The notes under the pieces: generated by a model
Database searches by the model: none
The model's input: only the letters and a program-made list of their open reading frames with translations
Told to the model about the DNA's origin: nothing
Assembly: GCF_030684315.1 (NCBI RefSeq)
Contig: NC_081379.1
Coordinates: 9,136,294-9,200,293 of the forward strand
Source of the DNA: Stegostoma tigrinum
Taxonomy: Eukaryota
Direction: 5' to 3'
DNA: 64,000 nucleotides
Program-made: the position numbers and the translations under genes
In this document: positions 11,616 to 22,950 of the stretch, one piece after another
How positions within the stretch are numbered: position 1 is the stretch's first letter
How the letters are laid out: every line of letters starts with the position of its first letter

Positions 11616-12029
11616 CTGCACCAGTTTAGGGAGACGGCTCACCTTTCGGAGGACTATTAGGGATGGGCAATTACTGTTGATCTTGCCAATGATTCCCACA
11701 TCCCCATGAAAGAATTGAAACATCTCAGCCATTCCTCTGTGTTATTACTGCTTTTTTCAGTGAAACATTTAAGAGAGGGGAGAGGAGACAAGGGTGAAAA
11801 TAATGAGTGAATTTTGCTTTTTGGACATTTTGAAAGGGGCAGTGATTGTGGTGATCTCATGGAGCAAAAAATATGATGAATACCTTTGAATACTTTATGC
11901 TATCACTGCTTCTCAATTCACTTATTAAACTCTAATTTACGTGTCTTCATGATATGTATTCATAGCAATGTATGTTCATACATAGAATCCTGTTCATTGT
12001 AAACAGACAGGCACATGCGCAATCTGCAC

Positions 12030-12312
12030 TTTTCTCATCTAACCAATAACTTGGTGGTCACCCATTTCCTCGTACACTCCCCATGGCAATGCAGTTGACT
12101 GGCTATGATTGAACGTGCAAACAGCATAGGACTTATCTGCCTTCTGATGCGTTTGCCATGGCGACACTTCCACCAATCAGAGCTCGCTTGCCATCAAACA
12201 AGCTTCTCATCCAGCATTAATGGCTATTCCCAGTGTGATTTGGCATTCTTGCGATTCTGCCCTGGTGAGTGCACAATGAGAAATGCCGCATCTTCTTTTT
12301 CACGGAATATTT
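12030..12312 (+). mobile_element. Old repeat, probable PLE family D 3' end
   Basis: Homologous by eye to 7775-8162. Confidence 0.4.
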
Positions 12313-15300
12313 AGGCTGAAGTCTAATTCCTTCTGTGAATGTGAAACCCTGGCAAACCTAAAAGTGGTCCAAGAGAAAGGTAATGTTTGAGGAAGTCATA
12401 CTCGTTGCTGGTCTAAGGCGGTTGAGTGAGAGGCATGGATCCGTGCTGTGTGATTGACTGATGTTTGTGCCCAGGGTTTCGAGATGGATAGTGTGATTTG
12501 GAAACATTGTGAGCTTAGCCTGCCTTACTTTGGAATAAAGTGACCCACAAGGCACAGGATTTTCATCGGCATGGACTGGGTGGGGTCTGAAGTTGGGTCA
12601 GTCAAACCAGGAAGAGATTTTTCAGCAGCTCCAATGGATGTGTGTTTCACAGAAAAGCCCTCCAGCTCTCACCCCGTCTCTCCACCCCACCACCAACAAG
12701 ATCACCTCGCCACCCCCATGCACACCGCTTGGTTCCAGATACATGCCTCATGCCCCTCCTATACAACCCCTAAAGCCCCTCAGATGTCACATGTCATTAA
12801 AGCTTGCTCTTTAAAATGCTGCACTGACTCCTTAAAATTGAGGGTGACTGAGAGAAACTGATCCCTTGGTTGGGAGTGAGTGCGGACTAACAAACTGAAC
12901 AAACGTGCACCTTTAAAAGGCACTCATAAAAATTGCAAACTTTGGAATTGGGTTGGGAGTCCCAGGAGTTGGAACCCACTTGTCATTTCTGAAGGGCTCC
13001 TGAACCATCCCAAACTTGGTGAAGAGCAAGTCAGCATCTTTGGCTACCACATGAATTGTTGCATAACCCTGCATCAACTTGGATTCGGTCCCCATTTGTG
13101 AACAATGGAGAACCTCTGTTCAAAGACCGAGCATTCAATAATGCAACAATAAAAGCAAACTGGGACAAATCTAGGTCTGAATTCTCGCAACACTCTCAAT
13201 ATTCGACAAGTTCTGAGTGATCTGCGAAAATGTTGAAAATCTTGCTTCGAACTCGGAACAACCTTATTAGCACTGCCCACTTACAGCATTTCCGTCAAGC
13301 CATTGGTTTCTCTTATATTGATGTGATTCAAACATTGCACCATTATAAAGAATTGGAATAATGAGTTAGAAGATACGTTTGGAACTCTTGTCCTCTTGTT
13401 TAACATGAACTGAGTGTGAAACTGAATCCTGTTGCTCTGGATGACTTGGACAAAGAAAACAGCAAGGTTTGCTGAAGACTATTTACATTTGTATATAACC
13501 AAGGTCTCAAGCAGATTGTCGCCACCACTTTATTTGAAGGTGTTCCTGCCCAGTCCCTATTCTCACACTGATAATTATTCAAAGTCTCATTAGTACAAAC
13601 ATTAACACAGACACAGACACAGAGGGAAGTGAAAAATAGTGAAAGGCAAGAGAAAGCTAAGGAAGACACAAGAGTATGAACTGGGGAAGTGGCAGATTTG
13701 GTCCTTGGTCAATGTTGTATTAACATGCACAAGGGTTTTACAAGGTGAGATTTACAACTTATTTTGATACTGGAGTAGTTAGGCAGAGACACCCGCAGTC
13801 GCTTCGAGTTTTGTGGAGTCAGGCCAGCCATTTAAAGAGTGATGGGTGATGGCACATTACATCTGAATGGCTGTGGGAGTGGATAGGAAGGGCATGAGGC
13901 ACATGGATGGACCCGAGGAGTGTGCACGGTGGCGCGACTGAGGTGCTGTGAGGGATGAGAGCTGGAGTGGTGTCCTCACTAACTTGCCTCTGAGGTAGTT
14001 ACATCATCTCTCACCCATTGCCTTAAAGTGCACAATTTTCTGATCATTGCCACAAAGTTACCTGTGGGATCTTACTCTGCTTAAATGGTGCACTTCACGT
14101 CCTACATTGGAACAATGGCTGCGTTTCCAAAACACTTAATTTGCTATAACGGCCATTACGATTCCTGAGATCATGAAAGACCCGATATTAATATAGCTCT
14201 TTCTCTTATACTGTTCAAGAGAAGAAGTGGGACTGAAGAAAATCCAGAACCAGGTATTTATTACTGATTGCTGCTTTGTTTGACAGACATGAAACAGGGC
14301 AAGTGGACTGATCCACAACGGATCCACAACAGCCTAATGACACTTGCTATGGCTTTACACCAATAATATCCACCTGGTCGTACATCTTTAGCACTCATCT
14401 AGACACTTCCCACCAACCACTTCGAGAAAGTGGAGATGATAACTGACAACAGAAGGAGCAGAAGTGGGGATAAAGCAGGCTTATAAAAACAGCAAGGATC
14501 TCCCCTGCAACTTTGAATAAAAAGCACGGATTTCTGAATGTGTCATGGATCCCTCTTACACCTCAAAGGAAATTACTGTAAATATCGCATGAAATAAAAC
14601 ATTCTTTGAAGTAATGTTATGGATTTGACCTCTTTGAGGCTTGTCTGCACTTTAGCTTCCCCCTGCATAAGTACATATGTGAGCCCTGAGTCCTCGCATC
14701 ATGCACTAATTTTGGTTGGCCTAAGAAATGTAGGCCTATCGTCTGACAGAAACCCTTCCGCTGGGGCTGTCAGCAAGTTTCCTCTATTTCCCTTCATGTA
14801 TCCAAATGTGTAAGCCACCTATGAAGTTAACCCTTTCTTATGATATGGGAGCAGCTGTCCTCCACTGTCCACAAGACAAGACATGACACAAAAGCCCATG
14901 AATTTGTAAACAGAACAGCATAGCAGTTCAGAAGCACCTACAGAGATTCCCAGTTAGCTCACATTGTGCATTTGTTCTAATCTTCAAGTAAAGGGTCCCA
15001 CATTGTTTTTTACTAGTCCGTGGTACATGATTGATTTTTTTGGTGATAACTGGAAGAATGCAATACTGACCAGCATTTTTAACACATTTCTCTTGCTCTC
15101 CTCCCCCACTTATCTTAAACCACCAGTGCCAAAAATCAAACAAATTGCAAGTTCCTCATGGTGTATCAAGCGATTCAGAGCTTGACACTGAGCAGAAGGT
15201 TAATAATTTTGAATCGTATGCTCTCATTCAAACACACTTGCTTTAGATGAATGAGTATCATCTGTTTTGAACTTGGGCTGATAGAAGGGGCATGGTGTGG

Positions 15301-15754
15301 AACCAAAATGTTCAATCTGGGACATAAATAAAAATGGCAATCAGGATTTATCTAACATTGCCAAGAATCAGTGTGATTAATTTTGATGTGCTGCAGTGCT
15401 AATGGATAATCTGTCAACGATTCACATATATGGTGCAACAGCCCGAGTATAAAACAAGAAAGGCTGTTGAGTCCAGCAGGCCAACTGCATTCATTGTTCA
15501 TGACACATATTGCCCTGAATGCTCATTAACTGATTCACATGAATAACCACAGATTGTGACACCAAAAAAAGAGAAATCTCCACCGTGACTCCTAACACAA
15601 CAGAAAGTTGGATGGTCAGCCGTGACCAACAAGTCCATCATGATGAATGGAGGAACAGGCTCAAAGGGCTGAATGGCCTACATTCTGTAACTTGCACAAT
15701 AAACTCCAAGTCATTATAGAAAATAATTGTGTACGCACTGTGATGTTTTGTCCT

Positions 15755-15955
15755 CTGTGGACTCACTGGCTAGCTAGGACAGCTGGTTTGTAACGTGGGA
15801 GTGATGCCAACAGTTTGGGTTCAATTCTTATACTAACTGAGGGTGCACCTTTGCCTGAGATGTGGTAACCCTCAGGTTAAAACAGCACCAGTCGTCTCTC
15901 TTTTATAAGGGAGCAGTCCAATGGTACAGTAGCACTATGGTGGCTTTGCCTTTAC
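15755..15955 (+). mobile_element. tRNA-derived SINE
   Basis: GGGTTCAATTC B-box, then GTGGTAACCCTCAGGTTAAA..CACCAGTCGTCTCTC. Multiple copies in the window. Confidence 0.5.
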
Positions 15956-16187
15956 TGGACAATCCCAATGAGCCTGTAGCTTACTGCTAGTCTGTACCTG
16001 CTGACACTGTGGACATCCACAGCTCTTGGAAAACCAGTTTTAAAATGAACTTGTTGGCTTTTATGGTGCAGGAATGTATTATTTGAAGCCTTTTGGGAAT
16101 TCATTGCCAAATGTTGAGCAGACTAGTAGAGAAGGAAAAGAAACCACATCCTGAAGCTGAGTTACAACACTTGGAAAATATAAGCAC

Positions 16188-16277
16188 CTGCCAACGCCTC
16201 TCAATCTCCAATGTATGGAAAAAAATTGCCTTTCTGCTTGAAACATCTTCAGGATATCATCAATTGATGAGAAATCA
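16188..16277 (-). other. Candidate exon (90 nt, open), unidentified gene
   Basis: ttaattccag|T GAT TTC..GGC AG|gtgctt, reading DFSSIDDILKMFQAERQFFSIHWRLRGVG. Confidence 0.25.
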
Positions 16278-16942
16278 CTGGAATTAACTCGAGTTTTCCT
16301 TCAACTACAACTTGAACTCATTTGTGACATGCTAACTAAATGCCTGCAAAATCTTCAACCTCACTTTACAAATCTCAAATGGAGCTTTTTTAGTGTGTGA
16401 CAAAGATACGGTCTCCCCTTGGTTTTGGATACAATAAACTATCATAATCTCTTCAGGCAGACAAAGCTTATCATGACCTTTTAAAAAGCCATTTATCAGA
16501 ACTACTTACATATTGCCTTTTATCTTCCTTGGTCCCTTCTAAGTACTTTCATCTGACCAACTGCACAATCTCAGGTACACAGGAAAGTAGTAATCATTGG
16601 AAAATCCATGTAGACATTTTCAAAATGAACCTAATGTGCCTCAGAGTCTCCTGTAGACTACTTGGATTTTACATATGAACTATTCTGCGCAGCTGTTCTG
16701 TGTTAACATTTATGCACCACAGAAGCATTTTCCAATTTTTCTTTAACTCATCCTATTTCTACTCCTTTCACCATGAATGGATTTATCTCGCTTTTCTTTA
16801 AAAGCTTCGAGATTCACCTCAACTACTCCTTGTAGTACTGAGGTTCACTGTCAGGGTGAAGAATTTTTGGTTAAATTTTCAATTAGATTTATTAATTATT
16901 CTCTGTTATTTATGACCTACCACACACCTTCCTTATTTTAAA

Positions 16943-17340
16943 GAGATAGCAAGAAGTGCCAATTCTGGAGTCTGAGATAACACAGTGTGGAGCTGGAAGA
17001 ACACAGCAGGCCAGGCAGTACCATTTCTGAAGAAGGGTCCCAACCCGAAACATCAGCTTTCCTGCTCCTCTGATGCTGCCTGGCCTGCTGTGTCCCTCCA
17101 GCTCTACACTGTGATAACAAGTTGTAGAGCTGGATGAACACAGCAGGCCAAGCAGCATCATAGGAGCAGGAAAGCTGACACTTGGGGCCTAGACCCTTCT
17201 AGGCCTGAAACATCAGCTTTCCTGCTCCTATGATGCTGATTGGCCTGTTGTGTTCATCCAGCTCTATACCTTGTAATCTCAGATTCTCTAGCATCTGCAG
17301 TTCTTATTATCTCTGAAATAGTTCCACACTGTGTTATCTT
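16943..17340. mobile_element. Fold-back pLTR (A variant) with a second fold-back pLTR nested in it (about 17113-17313)
   Basis: Outer flanks TTCCTTATTTTAAAAGA and TTCATTATTTTAAAGA. Inner flanks TCTACACTGT and TCCACACTGT. Confidence 0.85.
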
Positions 17341-17654
17341 CATTATTTTAAAGACTTTCCAGCCCTCTCCGTCCCGGATAAAAGATTCCCAGTGTGTTCA
17401 GCTCTGAAGTCTTTATGAACTACCTGTGTTTATTCAGCTCTGCTGTGCTATGTGTGTTGTGGAACCAACTGCTTCCACACAATGCTTGGAATGGAGTGAT
17501 GCTAATGATCCTCTTTCTATATTGGGTCCAATGACCTAGCTGGTTTACAACATGAGAGATGAAACATAGAAACATAGAAAGTAAGTGCAACAGTAAGCCA
17601 TTCAGCCCTTCAAACCTGCTCCACATTCAATATGATCATGGTTGATCATCCAAG

Positions 17655-17746
17655 GTAATAAAGTGTGGAGCTGGATGAACACAGCAGGCCAAGCAGCATC
17701 TCAGGAGCACAAAAGCTGACGTTTCGGGCCTAGACCCTTCATCAGA
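17655..17746 (-). mobile_element. PLE family A pLTR with intact HHR core (17718-17745)
   Basis: Reverse complement reads CTGATGAAGGGTCTAGGCCCGAAACGTCAG. Confidence 0.9.
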
Positions 17747-18204
17747 AACTCAGTCATCTGTTCAGATTTTCTCCCCATATCTTTTGATCTCTTTAGCCCT
17801 AAGGTCTAGACCAAACTCCTTCTTGTAAACATTCAATATTTTGGCCTCAGCTGTTTTCCGTGGCAGAGATTTTCCACAGGCTCACCAGTCTTCGAGTAAA
17901 GATATTTTCCACATCTCAGTCATAAATGGCCTACTCCCAGTCCTTTGACTGTGAGCCCTGCTTCTAGACTCCTTGGTTATCGTGAATATACTGACATGAT
18001 TTTAACCTGTCTGGCCCTGTGAAATTTTTATAGATTTCCAAGAGATCCCCCTCATTATTCTAAACTCCACTGATTATTGTCCTAACTAATCCAGTCTCAC
18101 TTCATTTATCAGTCCTGCCATCCCAGGAATCGGTTTGCTAAACCATTGGTGCATTATCCTCCATAAGCAGAACATCCTTCCTCAGATAAGGAGACCCAAA
18201 CTAC

Positions 18205-18620
18205 ACACATGCAGATGAACAAGAAGGAAACTAACAACAAGAGTACATGAACGCCTGGCTACAAAAAGACCCGACCAGTACTCACTCATCTCAATCCACA
18301 TGGACAAGAAGAACGACTTCGACTGGGACAACACCAAGATCCTGGGACAGGCTAGGCAGAGACAGGCACGAGAATTCCTGGAAGCATGGCACTCCCTGAA
18401 GCTGGCTATTAATAAACACATTGGACTCGAGTCCATATACATTCCACTATGGAGGAAATCTGGAAGTGAGGCAATCCATCGCAACAGACCCCAGAGTTTA
18501 AAAACCAGGCGAGAAAACACACCGACGCTTCATCAGAGGCTGCACTGAGGACGTTACCCAGCACAGTAATGAAACGTCTGCGGAACAACAAACTAGCTCA
18601 GCGAGCCAACTAACCACAAT
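18205..18620 (+). mobile_element. PLE family C 3' fragment (GIY-YIG C-terminus plus pLTR)
   Basis: TRRKLTTRVHE..MDKKNDFDWDNTKILGQARQRQAREFLEAWHS..AINKH, followed by an HHR at 18541-18582. Confidence 0.85.
18541..18582 (+). ncRNA. Minimal hammerhead ribozyme motif (family C)
   Basis: TGCA-CTGAGGA-C-GTTAC..GTAAT-GAAAC-GTC-TGCG. Confidence 0.65.
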
Positions 18621-19275
18621 GCACGCAGTAATCCACATGTGGTTTCACTGATGCCATGCACAAGATAACCCTGCTCCTGCACTCAAATCCTCTTGTCATG
18701 GAGGCTAACATATGATTTGCTTTTGCTGCACCAGCCTGCTTACTTCCAGTGACTGGTGCTCAAGGGCACCCAGATCTTGTTTCACTTCACTTTTTTCCAA
18801 TATGTCGCCATTCAGTTCGTAGCCTACTTTCCTGTCTTTGCAACCAAATGGGTAACCTCATATTTATCTACATTATACTGCATTTGCCCATTCACTCAAC
18901 TCATCCAAATCACACTGAAACATCTCTGCATCGTCATCACAGCTCACCTTGCCACCTAGTTTTGTGACTTCGATGGCTGAGGTCAAGACATCCATGAACT
19001 GTCAATCAATAAGGCTCGAAAAGATCATGCACCTATCAATTCACACTGTCAAGTTGCTGAAAAGACAAAAGTTTACGACAAATGGCAAACTAAGTCAAAT
19101 AAATATAGCCAAGAAATTGAAGGAATGCTCCATTTCTCACTGTAAACAATAGCATTCCTTAAACCCACGAGGATTAATTTGATGTTTATGAATGTTATTG
19201 TTATTGTTTTGTTACTTATTACCTCTGCCATAAGTCTTCTCACTGCTGTGAATTCTGGTCCATTTTAAACCATAC

Positions 19276-19432
19276 CTTGCAATGAAGTTACGTGTCCTGC
19301 TCTCTCCTTAGTGCTGTTTGCTTCCAGAAAGTACTGGTCTCCCTCCCAAATCAGCAGGATTTGACGCAAATTGCTATTAATGTGCTTCAGATTCTCACCA
19401 ATGCTTGCATTCTCACAGAGGATCAGCGCATT
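19276..19432 (-). other. Candidate exon (157 nt, open), unidentified gene
   Basis: ttggtatcacag|AAT..CAA G|gtatgg, reading NALILCENASIGENLKHINSNLRQILLIWEGDQYFLEANSTKERAGHVTSLQ. Confidence 0.35.
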
Positions 19433-19749
19433 CTGTGATACCAATTAAACATAAAATGCAGGTCGAGGCGTCTGATCAGTATTGACACAAGAAAGAGAAT
19501 TGCAACACTAAACAAAACTCAAATCAAATAGCCTTTCTGAACTCGTCAAATCCTTTTTTTCCATCCAATAATGACAAAGTAAGAATTCGGAAACAGGAAG
19601 GAAGGGTGTGATGTCAGCAGCCTCACTTGTCATGGGTTCAGTGACAAGCTCAACTTACTAATAATCTGAAGTGTTACAGATTAGTTTTAAACAGAATTCG
19701 TGAAGGCCTGGTCAAAGAGTTTAATTGGCTCTGATGACACGCTTTTCTA

Positions 19750-19845
19750 GAGACAACACAGTGTGGCGCTGGACGAACGCAGCAGACCAGGCAGCATCAG
19801 AGGAACAAAAGCTGACATTTTGGGTCAGGGCCCTTCTTCAGAAAA
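19750..19845 (-). mobile_element. PLE family A-variant pLTR fragment
   Basis: GACAACACAGTGTGGCGCTGGACGAAC..AAAGCTGACATTTTGGGTCAGGGCCCTTCTTCAG. Confidence 0.75.
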
Positions 19846-20135
19846 TTTTCCAGAAGTTGGGCAGCATTTATTACCCATCTTTAGTTCCTTTTTGCAAGTG
19901 GAAGTGAGCTACCTTCTCAAGTACAACAGAATGGCTTGCTAATGATTTCAGAGGGCAATGGGAGCCAATCACGTTACTGTGAGTCTGGCGTCACAGTTTG
20001 GCCAGACCAGGTAAAGAACAAAGGAGATTAGAGAAGCAGAGATAATGGGAACTGCAGATGCTGGAGAATCCAAGATAACAAAGTGTGGAGCCGGATGAAC
20101 ACAGCAGGCCAAGCAGCATCTCAGGAGCACAAAAG

Positions 20136-20167
20136 CTGACGTTTCGGGCCTAGACCCTTCATCAGAG
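20136..20167 (-). ncRNA. Minimal hammerhead ribozyme motif (family A)
   Basis: CT-CTGATGA-A-GGGT(CTAG)GCCC-GAAAC-GTC-AG. Confidence 0.75.
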
Positions 20168-20389
20168 AGGGGGATGGGGGGAGGGAACTGGAATAAATAG
20201 GGAGAGAGGGGGAGGCGGACCGAAGATGGAGAGTAAAGAAGATAGGTGGAGAGAGTGTAGGTGGGGAGGTAGGGAGGGGATAGGTCAGTCCAGGAAAGAC
20301 GGACAGGTCAAGGAGGTGGGATGAGGTTAGTAGGTAGCGGGGGGTGCGGCTTGGGGTGGGAGGAAGGGATGGGTGAGAGGAAGAACCGG

Positions 20390-21415
20390 TTAGGGAGGCA
20401 GAGACAGGTTGGACTGGTTTTGGGATGCAGTGGGTGGGGGGGAAGAGCTGGGCTGGTTGTGTGGTGCAGTGGGGGGAGGGGATGAACTGGGCTGGTTTAG
20501 GGATGCAGTAGGGGAAGGGGAGATTTTGAAACTGGTGAAGTCCACATTGATGCCATATGGCTGCAGGGTTCCCAGGCGGAATATGAGTTGCTGTTCCTGC
20601 AACCTTCGGGTGGCATCATTGTGGCAGTGCAGGAGGCCCATGATGGACATGTCATCAAGAGAATGGGAGGGGGAGTGGAAATGGTTTGCGACTGGGAGGT
20701 GCAGTTGTTTTTTGCGAACTGAGCGGAGGTGTTCTGCAAAGCGGTCCCCAAGCCTCCGCTTGGTTTCCCCAATGTAGAGGAAGCCGCACCGGGTACAGTG
20801 GATGCAGTATACCACATTGGCAGATGTGCAGGTGAACCTCTGCTTGATGTGGAATGTCATCTTGGGGCCTGGGATGGGGGTGAGGGAGGAGGTGTGGGGA
20901 CAAGTGTAGCATTTCCTGCGGTTGCAGGGGAAGGTGCCGGGTGTGTTGGGGTTGGAGGGCAGTGTGGAGCGAACAAGGGAGTCACGGAGAGAGTGGTCTC
21001 TCCGGAAAGCAGACAGGGGAGGGGATGGAAAAATGTCTTGGGTGGTGGGGTCGGATTGTAAATGGCGGAAGTGTCGGAGGATAATGCGTTGTATCCGGAG
21101 GTTGGTGGGGTGGTGTGTGAGAACGAGGGGGATCCTCTTGGGGCGGTTGTGGCGGGGGCGGGGTGTGAGGGATGTGTCGCGGGAAATGCGGGAGACGCGG
21201 TCAAGGGCGTTCTCGATCACCGTGGGGGGAAAGTTGCGGTCCTTAAAGAACTTGGACATCTGGGATGTGCGGGAGTGGAATGTCTTGTCGTGGGAGCAGA
21301 TGCGGCGGAGGCGGAGGAATTGGGAATAGGGGATGGAATTTTTGCAGGAGGGTGGGTGGGAGGAGGTGTATTCTAGGTAGCTGTGGGAGTCGGTGGGCTT
21401 GAAATGGACATCAGT
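20390..21415 (-). CDS. PLE RT thumb/linker plus GIY-YIG endonuclease (partial, no stops)
   Basis: TDVHFKPTDSHSYLEYTSSHP..SQFLRLRRICS..PCNRRKCYTC..FTCTSANVVYCIHCTRCGFLYIGETKRRLGDRFAEH. The frame stays open upstream of the listed ORF 20390..21259. Confidence 0.9.
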   Translation of the reverse strand, partial: TDVHFKPTDSHSYLEYTSSHPPSCKNSIPYSQFLRLRRICSHDKTFHSRTSQMSKFFKDRNFPPTVIENALDRVSRISRDTSLTPRPRHNRPKRIPLVLTHHPTNLRIQRIILRHFRHLQSDPTTQDIFPSPPLSAFRRDHSLRDSLVRSTLPSNPNTPGTFPCNRRKCYTCPHTSSLTPIPGPKMTFHIKQRFTCTSANVVYCIHCTRCGFLYIGETKRRLGDRFAEHLRSVRKKQLHLPVANHFHSPSHSLDDMSIMGLLHCHNDATRRLQEQQLIFRLGTLQPYGINVDFTSFKISPSPTASLNQPSSSPPPTAPHNQPSSSPPPTASQNQSNLSLPP

Positions 21416-21619
21416 CTCATTATACCCCTTTTTGTCTTTAACATCTAAAAAAAATCAGTTTCTTTCTTGAATTTACTGTCTCCCCAGCCTTGTGCAGTAA
21501 CAGATTCCACAATTAACCACATTAACATGGCCTGTGTGTAAATTGCAAAAAATATCTGCTGTGTCATATTTCAATGCTTCCCCCAATCCATTCATTCCGA
21601 AGTGGCGAACAGGAACAAA

Positions 21620-21800
21620 AGCCAAAAGAACGGCAGATGCCGTAAATCAGAGGCAATGGAAACTAAATTAATGGAAAAATAGAGAGAAATCAGACTCAGT
21701 TCTGAGGAAGGGTCACTCGACCTGAAACGTTACCACTGCTTTCTCTCCACAGATGCTGCCAGATCTGCTGAGCTTTTTCCAGCAACTTCTGTTTTTGTCT
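21620..21800 (+). mobile_element. PLE family B pLTR with HHR-like core and a partial inverted 5' arm
   Basis: AGTT-CTGAGGA-A-GGGTC-ACTC-GACCT-GAAAC-GTT at 21698-21731, then CCACAGATGCTGCCAGATCTGCTGAGC. Confidence 0.8.
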
Positions 21801-22639
21801 CTGGTCAGCAGCAATGTTATGAAAACAGAGGAGGGTTGTGTGAGCATTTGGGGAATGAAAGTCCTCAGTGTCCTGATTACTTTGATTATTATACTGGATA
21901 ATTTAGTTATTAGCACTAAATACCAAGCCATTTCTTGTCTTACTGAGGACATTGAATCAGAGATGGTTAATGTGATAGTTTCATATCAGAGGGGAGCTTC
22001 ACGCTTTCTCCTCAAAATTGGCAAATCCGAATTCCCGATCTCAGTCTGGGAAATCCCATAGTCTACCAACTGGACACCCAGCGCACTCAATGAAATGTTT
22101 ATTTAAGAAACTGCCAATGCCCAATTCCCAGTAATCGCATTCAACAATGTCTGAAGACAACAAATAAGTTGCATCTGTCACAAAGGTCGAAGAAACTGAA
22201 TTTTAGACATAGGTAAAGACAAAGATATTATTGATAAAGGCTACAGTAATTACCACAAAAGAGGAATTCTACATGCAGTCAGCTATTTGAAGCTTAATTA
22301 AAGATAAGACGTAGTCACAGCCAATATGAAGATTACATAAGATAACATCAAAGGATATGGTACACTGTATTCCACTGAGCTCAAGCCTCCTGTCTTCGTT
22401 CTCATATCATAGTACTCTTGATGATCAGTTCAGCTAAAAGGCCATTAAATCACATCCTTTATGGCCTTCAGTGTTGGTTGTACATTACGTATAATTAACT
22501 CAAGTCTCCGCTATAATGATTGAAGGATCTAACTTCTTAGATTGAGAATTCAGCACAGGTCCCTGGCCGCACTCCCCATCCAGCCCACAATGACATTTAC
22601 AGTTCATTCTAGCCCCTTTCCATTCTTCAGCAGTTAGAC

Positions 22640-22950
22640 AGGACAGACAGGAAGAAACATGTCCCCTCTGTGCAGGGATTGATGATCAGGGACAGAGGTT
22701 TAAGATAAGGGACAGGTGATATAGAGGGATGTGAAGAAAAGTATTTTCACCCAGAGGGGGTGGGTATCTGGAACTCACTGTCTGTAAGGGTGGGAAAGGC
22801 AGGCGCCCTTAGAACATTGAAGAGGTATTTAGATGCACAGTTGCAATGCCAAGTGGTGGAGAATGGGATTAGAATAGTTAAGCGGATGTTCATGCCTGGC
22901 ATATACTTGATGGGCCTAAAGGCTTTAGTTAGTGCTGTAAACCTCTAATT
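22640..22950 (+). mobile_element. CR1 LINE 3' fragment
   Basis: TTTTCACCCAGAGGGGGTGGGTATCTGGAACTCACTG; ORF GIWNSL..TLKRYLD. Confidence 0.7.

Larger units (their letters stand above)
17562..18960 (-). mobile_element. CR1 LINE fragment with two PLE insertions
   Basis: (AAACATAG)n tail at about 17562-17580. CR1 body is continuous around inserts at 17655-17746 and 18205-18620. Confidence 0.8.
20041..21415 (-). mobile_element. Young 5'-truncated Penelope-like retroelement (family A)
   Basis: Open RT C-terminal/GIY-YIG frame, pyrimidine-rich 3'UTR, intact HHR, and pLTR ending GTTCCCATTATC. Confidence 0.95.

Noticed and set aside
19276-19432. YFLEANSTKER resembles the end of a PH domain
   Set aside because: It lacks the invariant Trp in the terminal helix and is too short to assign.
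20409-21376. Several overlapping alternative-frame and antisense ORFs
   Set aside because: Shadows of the C-rich, stop-poor PLE coding strand. The same applies at 56821-57652.
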